A DNA stretch of 64,000 nt. It comes from Octopus sinensis. Lineage: Eukaryota. A program made the position numbers and the translations under genes. The stretch covers positions 16,244,001 to 16,308,000 of the forward strand of contig NC_043007.1 of assembly GCF_006345805.1 (NCBI RefSeq), in the 5' to 3' direction. The notes beneath the pieces were generated by a model. It saw only the letters and a program-made list of their open reading frames with translations, ran no database searches and was not told the origin of the DNA. Each line of letters starts with the position of its first letter. Position 1 is the stretch's first letter. Of the stretch, positions 48,291 through 62,497 are shown piece by piece.

Positions 48291-48840
48291 CAGGTCACTT
48301 TCGAGTGCTACTGGTAACATGTAACCCAGTACTACCTGTTGCATGGTCGGGTCGTCGGCGACTAAACCGGCAACCCTACCAAGTTCGCTTGGTGAGGAGG
48401 GTGTTTATTGGTCACCCTGTGGGATGAAAAACAAAACCCGTCAAAGGGCGGAGGAACTCTTGAGAGTCAACGACCATCCAATAAATGTCTTAAAGCTGTA
48501 TCATGCGTGGGGACATAGAAATAATCGGATTGAATACCCGATCGCGCAGTTAAACCATTGGGAGTGAAGGACTCCTAGCCTTTGTCAGGGCATCCTTCTA
48601 GGAGAAGGTAACTCAGGTAACTGGGATAACTCCGACATAAAACCTGCGGCTCAGTGGTTACCGATGATGTTGACTTGTTCTTCTTTTCGGATTATGGCTG
48701 CTTTTGCTTAGTGAGTGGGATTGACTCAGTGCACAGCCTTTCCTCACTTAAAAAGTATCTTCTTGCACAGGCATTGCACGATAACAACATTGATTAAGCT
48801 TCGTGCATTGGCCATACTCGATAACGAGGGGGCAGCCACC
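48291..48840 (+). mobile_element. Probable LINE (RTE-like) 5' UTR fragment embedded in (TATG)n
   Basis: Unique 550-bp block with (TATG)n on both sides. The motif GGGCATCCTTCTAGGAGAAGGTAACTC resembles RTE 5' UTRs, from recall only. Confidence 0.4.
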
Positions 48841-48873
<33 letters not shown>

Positions 48874-48877
48874 TATG

Positions 48878-48908
<31 letters not shown>

Positions 48909-49482
48909 ATGTATATATACATATATATGTGTCTGTGTATACAAATGTATGTATACACACATACAGACACACAGATCGGGCTACTATAGCCCCAGGTTGA
49001 CCTTAGGCTGTGGCAGAAGACATTTGCTTTGTGAGTGAATTTGGCAGATGGAAACTGTGTTGAAATTTGTTGTATACATGTGTGTGTGTATGTCTATATA
49101 TATATATATGTGCTTCCTGATGATTTCTTTTGAATGAAACAGTTCTAGTCCTGTAGAAGCTCCTTCTGTAAAATAAATTAATTTACTCTGCTATGTATTG
49201 AGTACCTTATTTACTTTGGTTAACCCCGACTCAACCCGGGACCTACATATATATATATATATATGCGTGTGTTAACGCGCACGTATGTGTGTCTTCATAT
49301 TCATTCTTGTTTCCTCCACCTTCTGCCACAGTTTTACAACCAGTGTGTGTTTGTTTACACCTTTGTAATATATAGGTTCGGCAACAGAAGCCAGTAGAAT
49401 AAGTACGAAGGGATCGACCTACCCGACCAAACCCTTCAAGGTGGTGCCCCAGCACTGCCGCTGTCGAATGACTGAAACATGT

Positions 49483-49870
49483 GGTGGAAGCACTCCGTCG
49501 GTTGCGACGATGAGGGTTCCGGTTGATCCGAATCAACGGAACAGCCTGCTCGTGAAATTAACTTGTAAGTGGCTGAGCACTCCACAGACACGTGTACCTT
49601 TAACGTAGTTCTCGGGGATATTCAGCGTGACACAGAGAGTGACAAGGCCGGCCCTTTGAAATACAGGTACAATAGAAACAGGAAGTAAGAGTGAGAGAAA
49701 GTTGTGGTGAAAGAGTACAGCAGGGATCACCACCATCCCCTGCCGGGGCCTCGTGGAGCTTTTAGGTGTTTTCGCTCAATAAACACTCACAACGCCCGGT
49801 GTGGGAATCGAAACCGCGATCCTACGACCGCGAGTCCGCTGCCCTAACCACTGGGCCATTGCGCCTCCAC
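49483..49870 (-). mobile_element. SINE family C, full length, main tail
   Basis: TSD ACTGAAACATGT at 49471-49482 and 49871-49882. It is inserted in a SINE-B-like tail. Confidence 0.9.
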
Positions 49871-50308
49871 ACTGAAACATGTAACAGAGGGTACAAAGCG
49901 AGGAATTGGGGAGGGGAAAGAGAGTTGATTAGATTTATTGCAATTACCTGGCCAGTAAGAAAAGATGAAAGACAAAGATAAGCCTGATGAGATTTGAATT
50001 CAGAGCGCAAAGAAGCATGATAAACACCTGAAGGAGTTTGTGCGACTCTAAAGATTCTGCCAAGCGAATAACAACATGGGTGGGTTTCAAAAGCGTAAAC
50101 GTTGAGAACAGAAACCTGAGTTTATTCATGTATGAAAATATTAAATATATAAAACTTCTTTGTCGGTGAATTTAGGTCAAGGATGATGGGTCGCAGCTTA
50201 ACAAAAGTAAAACGAAAATTTATATTTCATGAGTCATTTAGAGATCAGAAGACGATTACAGCAATAGCTAACTTGCTTGCCTGTATGAAAGACAGTCTAC
50301 GTTTTGTA

Positions 50309-50610
50309 GATGATGATGGCAATCCCTCAAGGTCGAGGATGATGGTCTTCGCGCAAATTTACTGGTGAGTCCGTAGGTGACCGATAAGACCAATTCTTGC
50401 TTGAAAAGATCGGTCGCAGTGCGGACATCTAGTGCCGGAAGGGAGAGTCGCACGTGGTTGTTGTTGGCGCTCCTTCCGTCGTCGTCTTTTCTCCTCCAGC
50501 TCTGCAGACCTTTTCGAATCGAAAGTCGCCGTTCCCTCATGGATGGTGTTTTTCCAGAGTGGTCTGTTTTTGTAGAACACATGCATTGGAAGGCATTCTG
50601 TTAATGCAAA
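50309..50610 (-). mobile_element. RTE-clade LINE 3' end
   Basis: Reads WKNTIHEGTATF..KRRRRKER..CPHCDRSFQARIGLIGHLRTH*, followed by a short UTR and a (CAT)n tail. Confidence 0.85.
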
Positions 50611-50680
50611 TGCTGTAACCACTGATAGACGTGTTGGTGTGTGAACGGGTGCTCCCACGTAACGTGTCTAAGTGTTATAT

Positions 50681-50751
<71 letters not shown>

Positions 50752-50867
50752 TATATATATATATATAGATATATATATATATATATATACATGCGCGCGC
50801 ACATGCATGTTTATACGTATGTGCGATTGTGTAATATATATATATACATATATACATACATGTATGT

Positions 50868-51032
50868 AGGCGTATGAGTAGCTGTGTGGTAAGTAGCTTG
50901 CTTACCAGCCACATGGTTCCGGGTTCAGTCCCACTGCGTGGCACCTTAAGCAAGTGCTTTCTACAATAGCCTCGGGCCGACCAAAGCCTCGTGAGTGGAT
51001 TTGGTAGATGGAAACTGAACGAAGCCCGTTGT
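50868..51032 (+). mobile_element. SINE family B 5' half
   Basis: Head plus CORE-like motif, running into a microsatellite. Confidence 0.85.
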
Positions 51033-51799
51033 ATATATGTATATATATATGTGTGCGTGTGTATTTGTGTGTGTGTGTGTGTATGCATATATATGTATGT
51101 AAATATGTTAACGCACACGCACACACACTCATTTATACACGCATATATATGTCTATATCATAGCTATATGATGTGTGTGTGTTTGTGTGTGTGTGTATGT
51201 GTGTTTGTGTGTGTGTGTGTATGTGTGTGTGTGTGTATGTGTGTGTGTGTGTGGTGTGTGTGTGTGTGTGTAAATCCCATCAGAAAAACTCAAAAGCTCA
51301 GACAGTTTCTACCAAGTGATCTTCTGTAGACACGCTACTTAGTGGCAGCAAGCAGAGTCTCCAGTTTAATCGTAGTATGTTGTAACAGTTGGGCAATGTA
51401 CGAAAAGTCAGTCCCTCTCGATCTTTTGCCACGAGTTAGTTTCTATAGCAACAGTTAATGTGTTACCTTGTCATTGCATCTCCAATAGTAACTTATAAAA
51501 AACGTTTATTTTCATTGGCGCAATGTGGTTATAACTGAAGGTAGATTGCCACAAAGTTCGGCATGTGTTTTATTTTTACTCTACGGCGTGCTGAGTTTTG
51601 CAAGTGGTAATCGTTTACATAATGTCCTGAAGAATTTGCAGGGCTTTTGTAAGCATCTCTGTATCTGTGCCATATATCAGCACGCGGCTAATGCTACGAA
51701 CTGGCAGAACTGGACAAAATGCTCAGCAGTTTGTTTTTTTTTTTTTTTTTGTACTTGTTTCAGTCATTTGACTGCGGCCATGCTGGAGCACTGCCTTTT

Positions 51800-51950
51800 G
51801 AGTACAGCAGGGATCACCACCTCCTGCCGGAGCCTCGTGGAGCTTTTAGGTGTTTTCGCTCAATAAACACACACAACGCCCGGTCTGGGAATCGAAACCG
51901 CGATCCTCCGACCGCAAGTCCGCTGCCCTAACCACTAGGCCATTGCGCCT
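51800..51950 (-). mobile_element. SINE family C head fragment
   Basis: Matches 11830-11975. Confidence 0.75.
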
Positions 51951-52144
51951 AGTTTGTTTTTTGGGGGTTTTTTTCTGATTCTTTACGTTCTGTGTTCAAA
52001 TTCCACTGAGATCAACTTTATCTTTCATCCTTTCCAGGTCGATAAGATAAATTACTAGTCAATCATTGAGGTTGAAGTAGCTTACTGACACCTCCTCTTA
52101 AAACGGTTAGACCTTGTGCCAACATTTCAAACAAAGGCAGAATT

Positions 52145-52284
52145 AAGGCGGCGAGCTGGCAGAATCGTTAGCACGCCGGGCGAAATGCTTAGCGGCATTT
52201 CGTCTGCCGCTACGTTCTGAGTTCAAATTCTGCCGAGGTCGACTTTGCCTTCCATTCTTTCGGGGTCGATTAAATAAGTACCAT
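52145..52284 (+). mobile_element. SINE family A, 3'-truncated
   Basis: Intact head with the stem CGAAATGC/GCATTTCG. Confidence 0.85.
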
Positions 52285-52559
52285 TTAAGCACTTCCTCTG
52301 AAATTATTAACTATCTTTTTTATTAACCAAAAGTGTTTCTTTCGCGGGTTTAAGTGCGTAGTAAAAAAAAAGTGGCCAAAATCGTTTCGGACTGGGGTGG
52401 GAGTGAAAAAAAAAAAAATTTTCAATATTAGTCTTTTTTTCTTTTTTTTTTTTCGTGAAAAGATGTCTCCTATCATTCTGAAAACTTTGGTGAAAAACAT
52501 TATTGGAAAAAATCCCCATCAAAACGGAGAAATTCCAACTTATGTAAGCCGTCTGATCC

Positions 52560-52905
52560 GAAACACCGTTTTGTTACTGAATGACACGAGGAACATTCTA
52601 GTGAAGTTGAACATCTTATCTGGCCACCACAGTCCCCAGATCTCAATATTTTTTTAACATTTATGGTGTATTTTAGAAAAAACAAGTTAGGGGTCGATAT
52701 CCTCCACCATCATCACTACAAAAACTGGAGAATGTTTTAGCTTAAGAATGGACAAAAATTGTTTTTTGGAAACAATTCAAACTTTGTACGAGACCATACC
52801 TCATAGAATTCAAGCTGTAATTACTGCCAAAGGTGGTCCTATCCCATATTAAAATAATTTGTTTGAAATTTTAAGGTATTTCCATTATTTTGTCCAACCC
52901 CTGTG
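52560..52905 (+). mobile_element. Tc1 transposase 3' end with TIR
   Basis: Reads HLIWPPQSPDLN...IQAVITAKGGPIPY*, then TTTTGTCCAACCCCTG and TA. Confidence 0.75.
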
Positions 52906-53705
52906 TATATATTCTTATATATATATCAGAGTACTTATCTTGGATTAAAATAACATTCGAATTCGACCCTGTGTATATATAGACATGTGCACGCGCACAC
53001 ACACATGCGCGCGCGCAAATACATATCTAGGATAGAAAATCATCTCCTTGACGACAATCTGACCTCGTCTCCCGGGTATCCGTATTATAGATTATAGCAC
53101 ACACCGGCTTCCGTCTTATCCCTAAAAATCATGCTATTTGTATATTTTTACGAGAACGCATTAACAAGTCTACTTCGCCCCGTATCACATTACGATTACA
53201 AATTATTTCATCGTCACACCAGATATTCTATTCAACAAATATGGCTCTTAAATTCACCGATTATGAGAAGATTTCAGTCCAAGAATATGAATAACAATAA
53301 TTAACTGATTTAAATACATACATTAGAAAAAGTTTATAAATACTAATCTAATACAGAAGACCATAAATTTATAATTATTCGTATGCTTGGGATAATTCTC
53401 ATCGTAAACATCTGATATAGTTGTGATACTTGGCTATGTTAAACAGTAATATATTTTATATTTAGTGCGTAGTCTACCGTACTGAATGTAGTAAATCGCA
53501 AATATTTTATTTGTTTCAGTTAATGGATTGCGGCAATGTTGGGACATCATCTTGAAGGGTCTATTCGAACAAATAGAGCCCAGTACTTATGTTTGTTTTG
53601 TTTTTTTGTTTGCTTTTTTTTGTTTTGTTTTTTTTTATAAACAGGTAATTATTCTAACTGTCTCTTTTGCCTAAATTACGGGGACACAAATACCTCAGTA
53701 GTGGT

Positions 53706-54180
53706 CTTCTTCTTCTTCGAATCAGGACTCACGCCATTAGCCACAAAGAATAATCTCTAATTCGAGCCTACTCTAAGCTACTAAGAATGCGTGTGGCAAC
53801 TTGAAGATCCACCTACCACACGCGATAGACTGGCGGTTGTACGGGCGCGAAAGCTACGTTGTTATCCTCATTCCGTAAACGGTGCCTTTTAACGGGTGGA
53901 GAGCTAAACCATACTGGGGTATAGAGGATTCGCAATCTAGACTAGGGTCTGAAAGTTTACCACCCCATGGTTCCTCTGTTTTGTGACAGAAGTAGGAAGA
54001 AAGAGTGAGGGAAAGTTGTGGTGAAAGAGTACAGCGGGTTTCATCACCCACCCCGCCGGAGCCTCGTGGAGCTTAGGTGTTTTTGCTCAATAAACACTCA
54101 CAATACCCTGTCTAAGAATCGAAACCGCGTTCTTACGACCGCGAGTCCGCTGCCCTATCCACTGGGCCATTGTGCCTCCA
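53706..54180 (-). mobile_element. SINE family C head with a third tail type ending in (GAA)n, inserted into a diverged SINE-B
   Basis: TSD CTCAGTAGTGGT at 53694-53705 and 54181-54192. The SINE-B halves lie at about 53505-53705 and 54181-54420. Confidence 0.8.
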
Positions 54181-55229
54181 CTCAGTAGTGGTTGTCAAGA
54201 GATGGCAGGGTGGAGTGAAAGACACATACACAAAGGCACACACACACACACAACTGTCTTGCACAGTTTTCGTCTACCAAACTAACTCATAAGGCATTAT
54301 AGTCGGCCCGGAGCTATAAAAGAAAACACTTACCAACAGTACCGTGCAGCGGAAATGAACCCGAAACTTCCTGGTTGCAAGGCGAGAGTCTTAAACCACA
54401 CAGCTATGCCTACGCCTATGAATGTATAATTCTGTTGGGAATGACATCCTTAACAAAGCAGTCTAAAACAATACTTTCTACTGTTGATACAGGGTCTGGA
54501 ATTTTGAGGGTAGGATCCAGTCGATTAAATCTGGTACTTATTTTATCGATCCCGAAATAGTGAAAGGCAAAGTCGACACTTCTTTTTTTTAATGCATTTC
54601 AGCTCAAAGTATTATTTAATCTTATCTATTTTCTTCAGAATCCTTTCAAAACGGAAGAACTTCATTTCATTGACGACAGTGTTCACACCTTGAAGAAGTC
54701 TTAAATTGTGAATGACCCTCAAATTTCTTTTATTCTTCAATTAAGAGTCATTTCATTAACCGTGTTTCACGACACTAGTTCAACTTTTTTCAAGTGATAA
54801 ACATTTTTACTTTCTATTTTGCTGCAAACTCTTGCGAAATTAAAGCTAAATAAATTTTCCCAATGAAAAGAGTTTTATTAGAGAAAGAGCGAAAGTACGT
54901 TTATAAAATTGATTTTGCAGTCATTTATATGGAAACGATAGAAGTGAAATAAGTCAAGGCGTTGTACAGTAAATAATTTCATAAGTTTTATCCATATTAA
55001 TAGAAAATTATCAGAAAGTGTCATCCAGTTTAACAATGTGTTGTAGTCAGCAGTATTGATAATGAGGAAGATACTTTCAAATATTCGTGACAGGGTTGGT
55101 GCATTTAACGATGTCTAAGAAAGACCATTCCAAGAGACACAAGTCTCTTTGCCAAACGAAGTAATTATTCTACTTCCTAAACATGTTTCATTACAACGAA
55201 TTATTCAATGTCACAGTGTGACATTGAAC

Positions 55230-55530
55230 CTAGAGTGACCAAATAACCAACGTTGAAATCTCGAGAAGAACTGACCTAAGTAAACTGCAAGACACCATCA
55301 TAGCTAGGTGGCAGAAGCTGTTTGACCATGTATTGCTCTTACCTTTGGAGAGACCGACAAGAGCAACGGTCGAGTGGACAGTTGAAGGAGAAAGAGAAGC
55401 AAGCCGGTTAGGACGAAACGAAGGACTGCGCAGGAAGTCTTGACCGAGATGGAAAGAAGAGTGCAATTTGGGCCCCAAATGCTACCACTTGGAGAACTTC
55501 TCATCGCCGGATACTCTTTGAGCGAGCGGA
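55230..55530 (+). mobile_element. Decayed RTE-type LINE C-terminal fragment
   Basis: Reads DQITNVEISRR..IIARWQKLFDHV..ERPTRATVEW..GER, resembling the RTE motif D.ITN.EVL..RR..W.GHV..R. Confidence 0.5.
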
Positions 55531-55748
55531 AATAGCATCATAATCATCATTTCCTCAGCGAAATAATGGGAATCTAAAATATTTTTCTCTAAGCGTTACA
55601 TGTGACATTCGGTGGTGAAACACTTTTAGCTTACGATAGCAATGATAATAATAGAGTGTTCGTATTTTGCACTTTGAAAAATGTGGAACTCCTTTCTGGC
55701 ATACAGCCAGTACATTTGCATTTAACCAGATTTTGTTCATGAACAATG

Positions 55749-55797
<49 letters not shown>

Positions 55798-55914
55798 AAT
55801 ATATATATATATATGTATGTATGTATGTCCATCATGTGCAAACACACACGCACGCGCACATACACATATACGTGTAAGTATATACAAATATATACATACT
55901 CACAGATACACAGA

Positions 55915-56016
55915 TAGATCGATAGATAGATAGATAGATATAGATAGATAGATAGATAGATAGGTAGGTAGATAGGTAGATAGATAGATAGGTAGGTAGG
56001 TAGGTAGGTAGGTAGG

Positions 56017-56098
<82 letters not shown>
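55915..56098. repeat. (GATA)n/(GGTA)n microsatellite
   Basis: Directly visible. Confidence 0.9.
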
Positions 56099-56495
56099 TC
56101 TGAGTTTTATGGTTGTGTATAAAAATTATATTAATCAATGAAATTCCAACCTAGTCTGATTTTCACGTTTTATCATTTACATTTTTTACAATTTTACAAT
56201 ATTGAAATAAACTAGTACTTTCATGAGCTACGCAATCATCAGGTTTATGTAGTGACAGTCATTTTTCACAATTGTCAAGTGTGTTTTATATGTATGTACG
56301 TACATATATATATATATATATAAAGGCGGTGCTCCAGCATGGTCACAGTCAAATGATTGAAACAAGTAAAAGAGTAAAAGAGATATATATGTATATAGAT
56401 ATACACACACGCACATACATATATACACATGATTATATACACATATACAGGCACACATACATGCATATATATGCATATATAGAAAGACGCGCGTA

Positions 56496-56715
56496 TGTGA
56501 AGGCATGTGGTCTAGTGGTTAGGCTGTTGCACTCACAATCGCTAGATCGTAGGTTCGATTCTTTGACTGGGCGGCGAGTGGTGTTCTTGAGCAAAACACG
56601 TCATCGCTCTAGCCCCCTTCGATCGTATGTGGAGATGGAGGATGTTGGCCTAGCGTCATTTGAAGGCTAAATCAGTGCAAAAGCGCATTGTGACCAGCGA
56701 TGTGTAACAACATCT
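56496..56715 (+). mobile_element. SINE family D head with another tail
   Basis: A-box TGGTCTAGTGG, B-box GGTTCGATTC, and CTTGAGCAAAACAC. Confidence 0.6.
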
Positions 56716-56845
56716 GATATATGCGGGTTGAACTGCCTTTGGTGCGCTGAGCTACCGCGCGTTGTGCTATCGGCAATCATCACTGAAATATCTTGCGTGA
56801 AAATGTCGTCGACGGTTTAGGGACACCATCTGCTGAATTAATAAC

Positions 56846-57114
56846 TACTCTTTACTCTTTTACTTGTTTCAGTCATTTGACTGTGGCCATGCTGGAGCAC
56901 TGCCTTTAGTCGAGCAAATCGACCCCCAGGACTTATTCTTTGGAAGCCTAGTAATTATTCTATCCGTCTCTTTTGCCGAACCGCTAAGTTACGGGTACGT
57001 AAACACACCAGCATTGGTTGTCAAGTGATGTTGGGGGGGGGACAATCTCAGACACACAAACGTATACACAGACACACACACACACACACGCATATATATA
57101 TATTATATATATAT

Positions 57115-57162
<48 letters not shown>

Positions 57163-57326
57163 CGACGGCTTTCTTTCAGTTTCTGTCTACCAAATCCACT
57201 CACTAGGCTTTGGTGGGCTGAGGCTATAGTAGAAGACACTTGCCCAAGGTGCCACGCAGTGGGACTGAACTCGGAACCATGTGGTTTATAAGCAAGTTAC
57301 TTACCACACAGCCACTCCTACGCCTA
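56846..57326 (-). mobile_element. SINE family B, full length
   Basis: Reverse match to 27997-28513. Confidence 0.9.
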
Positions 57327-57699
57327 TCTGTTAAAAGTTTATGAGAAGATTTTTATCAGTACTGAAAATGGCTTATAAACTAGATATCATAAAAAGAAGA
57401 CTTACTTACACCAATTTATATGTTGAGAAGTCCAGACCACAAGTATATATATATAATGAAATAAATGTTTCGGTCACTGATGACAACCTGGTTGATCTTA
57501 GCATCTGCTGAAGCTCGTGTTTTATGCTCATCGACTGACACCTGTCAGCGTGTGTCGTGTAACTGTCTTTTAGAGACAGAGTAAACATGCAAATGTTCAA
57601 ACTCTTTGACTTATAATTAAGTCTGGTAAAACATGTGTGTGTGCGTGTATTAGTGAGATCGCGTATATATGAGTTTTTCACGCATACGTATATACATAC

Positions 57700-57780
<81 letters not shown>

Positions 57781-58104
57781 CGTATGTATATTTGTATGTA
57801 TGTATGTATGTTCGCTTTAACATAAACCATTAAGGTTGTGCACACACACACACGTACACACGCATACACGTACGCACTAACGCACGCACGCACACACACA
57901 TGCACACGTACATGCACATACACACACTCATTAAAGAATACTCGGTGTTGCCCAGGTTAAAAAATAGTTTTGAATGGTTCAGAATTATTCTTAATATATA
58001 AATATTTAGTGTAATAGAACACTCCTGAATTTTTTCTTAAAAATTATCAATATCGATAAAGCTGAAATGCGAAAAGGTTGTTTGATTTCTTGGTTATTTG
58101 TCTC

Positions 58105-58478
58105 GTGGAGGCGCAATGGCCCAGTGGTTAGGGCAGCGGGATCGCGGTTTCGATTCCCAGACCGGGCGTTGTGAGTGTTTATTGAGCGAAAACACCTAAA
58201 GCTCCACGAGGCTCCGGCAGGGGATGGTGGTGAACCCTGCTGTACCCTTTCATCACAACTTTCTCTCGCTCTTTCTTCCTGTTTCTCTTGTACCTGTATT
58301 TCAAAGGGCCAGCCTTGTCACACTCTGTATCACGCTGAATCTCCTCGAGAACTACGTTAAGGGTACACGTGTCTGTGGAGTGCTCAGCCACTTGCACGTT
58401 AATATCACGAGCAAGCTGTTCCGTTGATCGTATCAGCTGGGACCCTCATCGTCGCAACCGACGGAGTGCTCCTATACC
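58105..58478 (+). mobile_element. SINE family C, main tail, short deletion in head
   Basis: TSD TATTTGTCTC at 58095-58104 and 58479-58488. Confidence 0.9.
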
Positions 58479-58870
58479 TATTTGTCTCATTTGGGGATGG
58501 GAACAGTTTAAGGGGAGGTAGATGGGGTCGGATTGGCGCCAAAATTTACACTGGATGGGGTGTGGGTTAAATGGGGTGGGCAATGGTGTGAGGAGGGTTG
58601 CAAGTCGCTCGGGGCTACCGTTTGGTTGCCATGGTGAGGAATATGGGGGAAAATTGAGTTTTATGGGATAGACAGGTTGCGCTGTTTGAATAACGGTGGC
58701 TTTTCGTGTTGCTGCAGGGGATAGAGGCGGTTATCTTTAATTGTGGGTGTAAAAATTCGGGGGATTTTGGAAAGCGGGGTAAAGAAGAGGGCAATAAAAA
58801 GAACCAGGCAAAGAAGACGAACAAAAGAAGAAAGGGAAAAAGGAGACAACGCGCACAAAACAACACCACC

Positions 58871-59102
58871 TCTTTCTTTACTACCCGCAAGGGGCTAAAC
58901 ACTGAGGAGACTAACAAGGACAGACACACGGATTAAGTCGATTATATCGACTCCAGTGCGTAACTGGTACTTTATTTATCGACCCCGAAAGGATGAAAGG
59001 CAAAGTCGACCTCGGCGGAATTTGAACTCAGAACGCAGCGGCGGACGAAATACCAGAAAGCATTTCGCCCGGCGTGCTTAACGTTTCTGCCAGCTCGCCG
59101 CC
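58871..59102 (-). mobile_element. SINE family A monomer
   Basis: One unit plus head. CACCAC lies on both flanks. Confidence 0.85.
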
Positions 59103-59336
59103 ACCACTTCATTTGGACGGACGACTGTTGCTCGTTAATATTTTACTTGTTACTTTTATTAATTTCTCGGAGAACATTCAAGTGGGTTATATATTGTATT
59201 ATATCTGTAGACACCTATTACGAAAGCGTAGATTATAATAATGAGACTTGTTAATGACGGTAGCTTCGCCCTAGCATAAGAAGGATATACATACATACAT
59301 ACATACATACATACATACATACATACATACATACGT

Positions 59337-59369
<33 letters not shown>

Positions 59370-59436
59370 CATACATACATACATACATACATACATACAT
59401 ACGTCTATATATTTATATATATCTATATCTATATCC

Positions 59437-59538
<102 letters not shown>

Positions 59539-60672
59539 CGACAGGCTTCAACACAATTTACGTCTACCATACTTACTCACAAGATACTGGACAGTTGCCA
59601 ATAATGCTATGCGATGGAACTGAACCTGAAACCACATGGTTGCAGAGTGGTCTTCTTAACCACACTACCATGTCTGCAAAATTTAGTCTTGTGGCTATAC
59701 TAAGACAAACTTCGACTGTAGTTCGTAAACCTCTCTCACTTAAATAATTTTATGATGACTTTTTAAGTCTAATTCGTCATCGTTCAAACTGAGTGAATTT
59801 AAAAGACCATCGTTATTCTACAGACCTCCAACGACGAAAAAATATATTTTACGCAATAGATATAGATTCTAATGATTTCGCATAATTCCACTCCATCGTA
59901 TGATCCTGTTAAAACATCAGAACAATTCGTCTATTTACTCTTTAGCCAGGATAAGTTATCGAAAACCAAAAGGAGTCGCCATTTGCGAATAAATATATTA
60001 ATATTAGATTCATTGATTTGTACGATGCTGTTGACGAGAGCGAAAGCTTTGAGACGAGGTTTAGTTATTGGGTTATTGACGAAGAGAAGTCTTTAATATC
60101 AAAATGCGTAAATTTGCAATGCTGTTTGTCGTTAATACCGCTAAACTATTGTTTTACAGTCCTACTAGTGTTCCCAAATAGGAGAAAAATCACGTCTCTT
60201 ATTCCAAGCATAGAATAATCCATAATATACTGGTTATCTAAACCAAATTCGGTTTTGGTGGGGTGGATTAACCGGCATTTAGGGATATTAGAGAAATTTG
60301 CTTTATAAACTACCATTTAGTAATCTCTTCTAACAATAAAATAATGTAGGCTCACGTTCTCAAATCCCAACTTATCGACGAATACGGAATTCAGTCTGTC
60401 TGACGACGCATTGTAGCTCGTACGACTTCACAGGATAAACAATAAAGATTATACAGGGAACAACACTTCCAGCTAACATTTATTTTATTTTATCGTGTAC
60501 GCATCCATGATTGCCTATACATCCATCCGACCACTTGTCTTTTGCTATTAGTGTGTACTTGAGTACATCCCCCATAACTACATCGTCATTCACCCCACAC
60601 AGTACAAGCATGCTGCATGAGATATACGAAGACTCGTGTGTGTGTGTGTGTGTGTGTGTGTATGTATACATA

Positions 60673-61560
60673 TTAGGTCGGAAAGGAACTCCTGTCGCAT
60701 TTTTAGCATGATCAGTTACAGTAAAATAAGCATTCGTTTTTACGTTATAATATTTTTTTTCCTTTCTTTACAATTTACTTTATACCGCAGTGATTAAATC
60801 CGTATTGATTTTACTCTTTTAAAATGATTTTAGACCAGACGTCTATCAGATATTGAATCCTGCGTGAATTCAAAGGAACCTCTTCAGAAGTGTAAACGAC
60901 AAGAAGTATTCGTTCTGTCTATGCAAATGAAACTGTAATTGTCTATATATACTAACGACGGTTCGGCCAGTTTTATTCAGAAAATTTTTCTTTCACACAT
61001 TCCTCTCGATTGGGACGACCAAGTTCTCTACATACTGAGCTTCTGAAAACCGTGGTCGACGAAAATCCAAAACAAACTGCACAAGAATTAGCAAAGCAGT
61101 TCGATTCTAGATACACTTCGATCATAAAACGCGTTCGTGAAATCAGAAAAGAGTCTACACTAGGTCGGTGGGCCCGGTGTCATTTCACTGCTTCCCAATA
61201 ACAAATGTTACTCTCTACTCGTCACAGAAGAGTAGACTTGCAACCGAACCTCTCCTGGGTAGAGTTATCACAAGTAATGAAAAGTGAGCTCTCTATAATC
61301 ATATCCAGCGGAAACGACAATGGTCAGCTCCCAATGAAAAAGTGGAGTCCATCCCCAAACCATGACAACACTCGAAAAACAGATATGCTCTGTGTTTTGT
61401 GGGGTATGAAGGATATTGTCTATCGTGAAGTTTTAAACCAAAACGAAATAGTTAATGCAGAAACGTATTGTTGTTAGTTGGAAGTATTGCTCAAAAATTT
61501 GCAGAAAATGCGCCCATCATTGGTCAATCGTAAAGTGATGTTGCTCTTATACGATAATAA
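60673..61560 (+). mobile_element. Decayed mariner (Hsmar1/Mos1-like) transposase relic
   Basis: TA followed by TTAGGTCGG. Reads GRPSSLHTELLKTVVDENPKQTAQELA, MLCVLWGMKDIVYREVL..NAETYC, and RPSLVNRKVMLLLYDN. Confidence 0.85.
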
Positions 61561-62237
61561 AGATCTAAAGAGTTGTTTAGTCGATGCTCTCATCAGAGGA
61601 AATTTATGTTGCAAGCATGGAATTCCCCGCTCGCCGACTAGTACGCTGACTCATTTTAGATGCAACTGGAACTAATCTAAGGGGGAATAGCTCCAAGCCC
61701 CCACCAAAAAACAAGCTATTGTCAGACAGCAGGTTTTCGTTTCAGGAATGCTTTACAAATTAACTGACCAAGACGTTTTCCTTCCTCCAGTTGTAGAGAG
61801 GTGATGTATCCCCGGCCAACGGGTCCGGCGAATTGCTTATACAGCTAACAGTCTTATATGTGCGAAACCAATAGCCACTCTCTGAATAGTCATAACAACC
61901 TTCTAAGGATATGTGTGTACTTGTGCGTGTATGTGTTTGTGTGTCTGTGTGTGTGTCTGTCTGTCTACGTATGTGTGCATGTGTGCGCGAGTGTGTGTGT
62001 TTGTTTGTGTATGTACACACATGAACACACAGAAAACTGCGGAAAGACAAATAGAGACACAAACGAGATAAGACGTTGACATTTGGCACGAAAACGTTTT
62101 TTTTATATCCTAAATACCTGGATTTTACAAATGATCAACATCGATTCTCTAAAACACTCATGATCAATCACTTTTGAGAAACATTATTGATTTTATGTGT
62201 GGGTGTGTGTGTTGAGTGTGTGAGTGTCTGTAATGTG

Positions 62238-62299
<62 letters not shown>

Positions 62300-62402
62300 C
62301 ATATACATACAAACATCATACATCTAGGGGTGTATGTATATAGGTAACAGCTTTCCTTTACACGTTTCATTATAGAACATGACTATGTTCTAATTTAATC
62401 GC

Positions 62403-62460
<58 letters not shown>

Positions 62461-62497
62461 ATTATTATTATTATTATTATTATTATATACATATATA

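Noticed and set aside
49111-49170. CTGATGA-TTTC-TTTT-GAAT-GAAAC as a hammerhead
   Set aside because: Stems I and III cannot be formed in register with a cleavage triplet, so it may be chance in AT-rich DNA.
60031-60056. TTGACGA-GAGC-GAAA-GCTT-TGAGAC as a hammerhead
   Set aside because: Both conserved cores are broken (UUGA for CUGA, GAGA for GAAA) and no stem I or III is evident.
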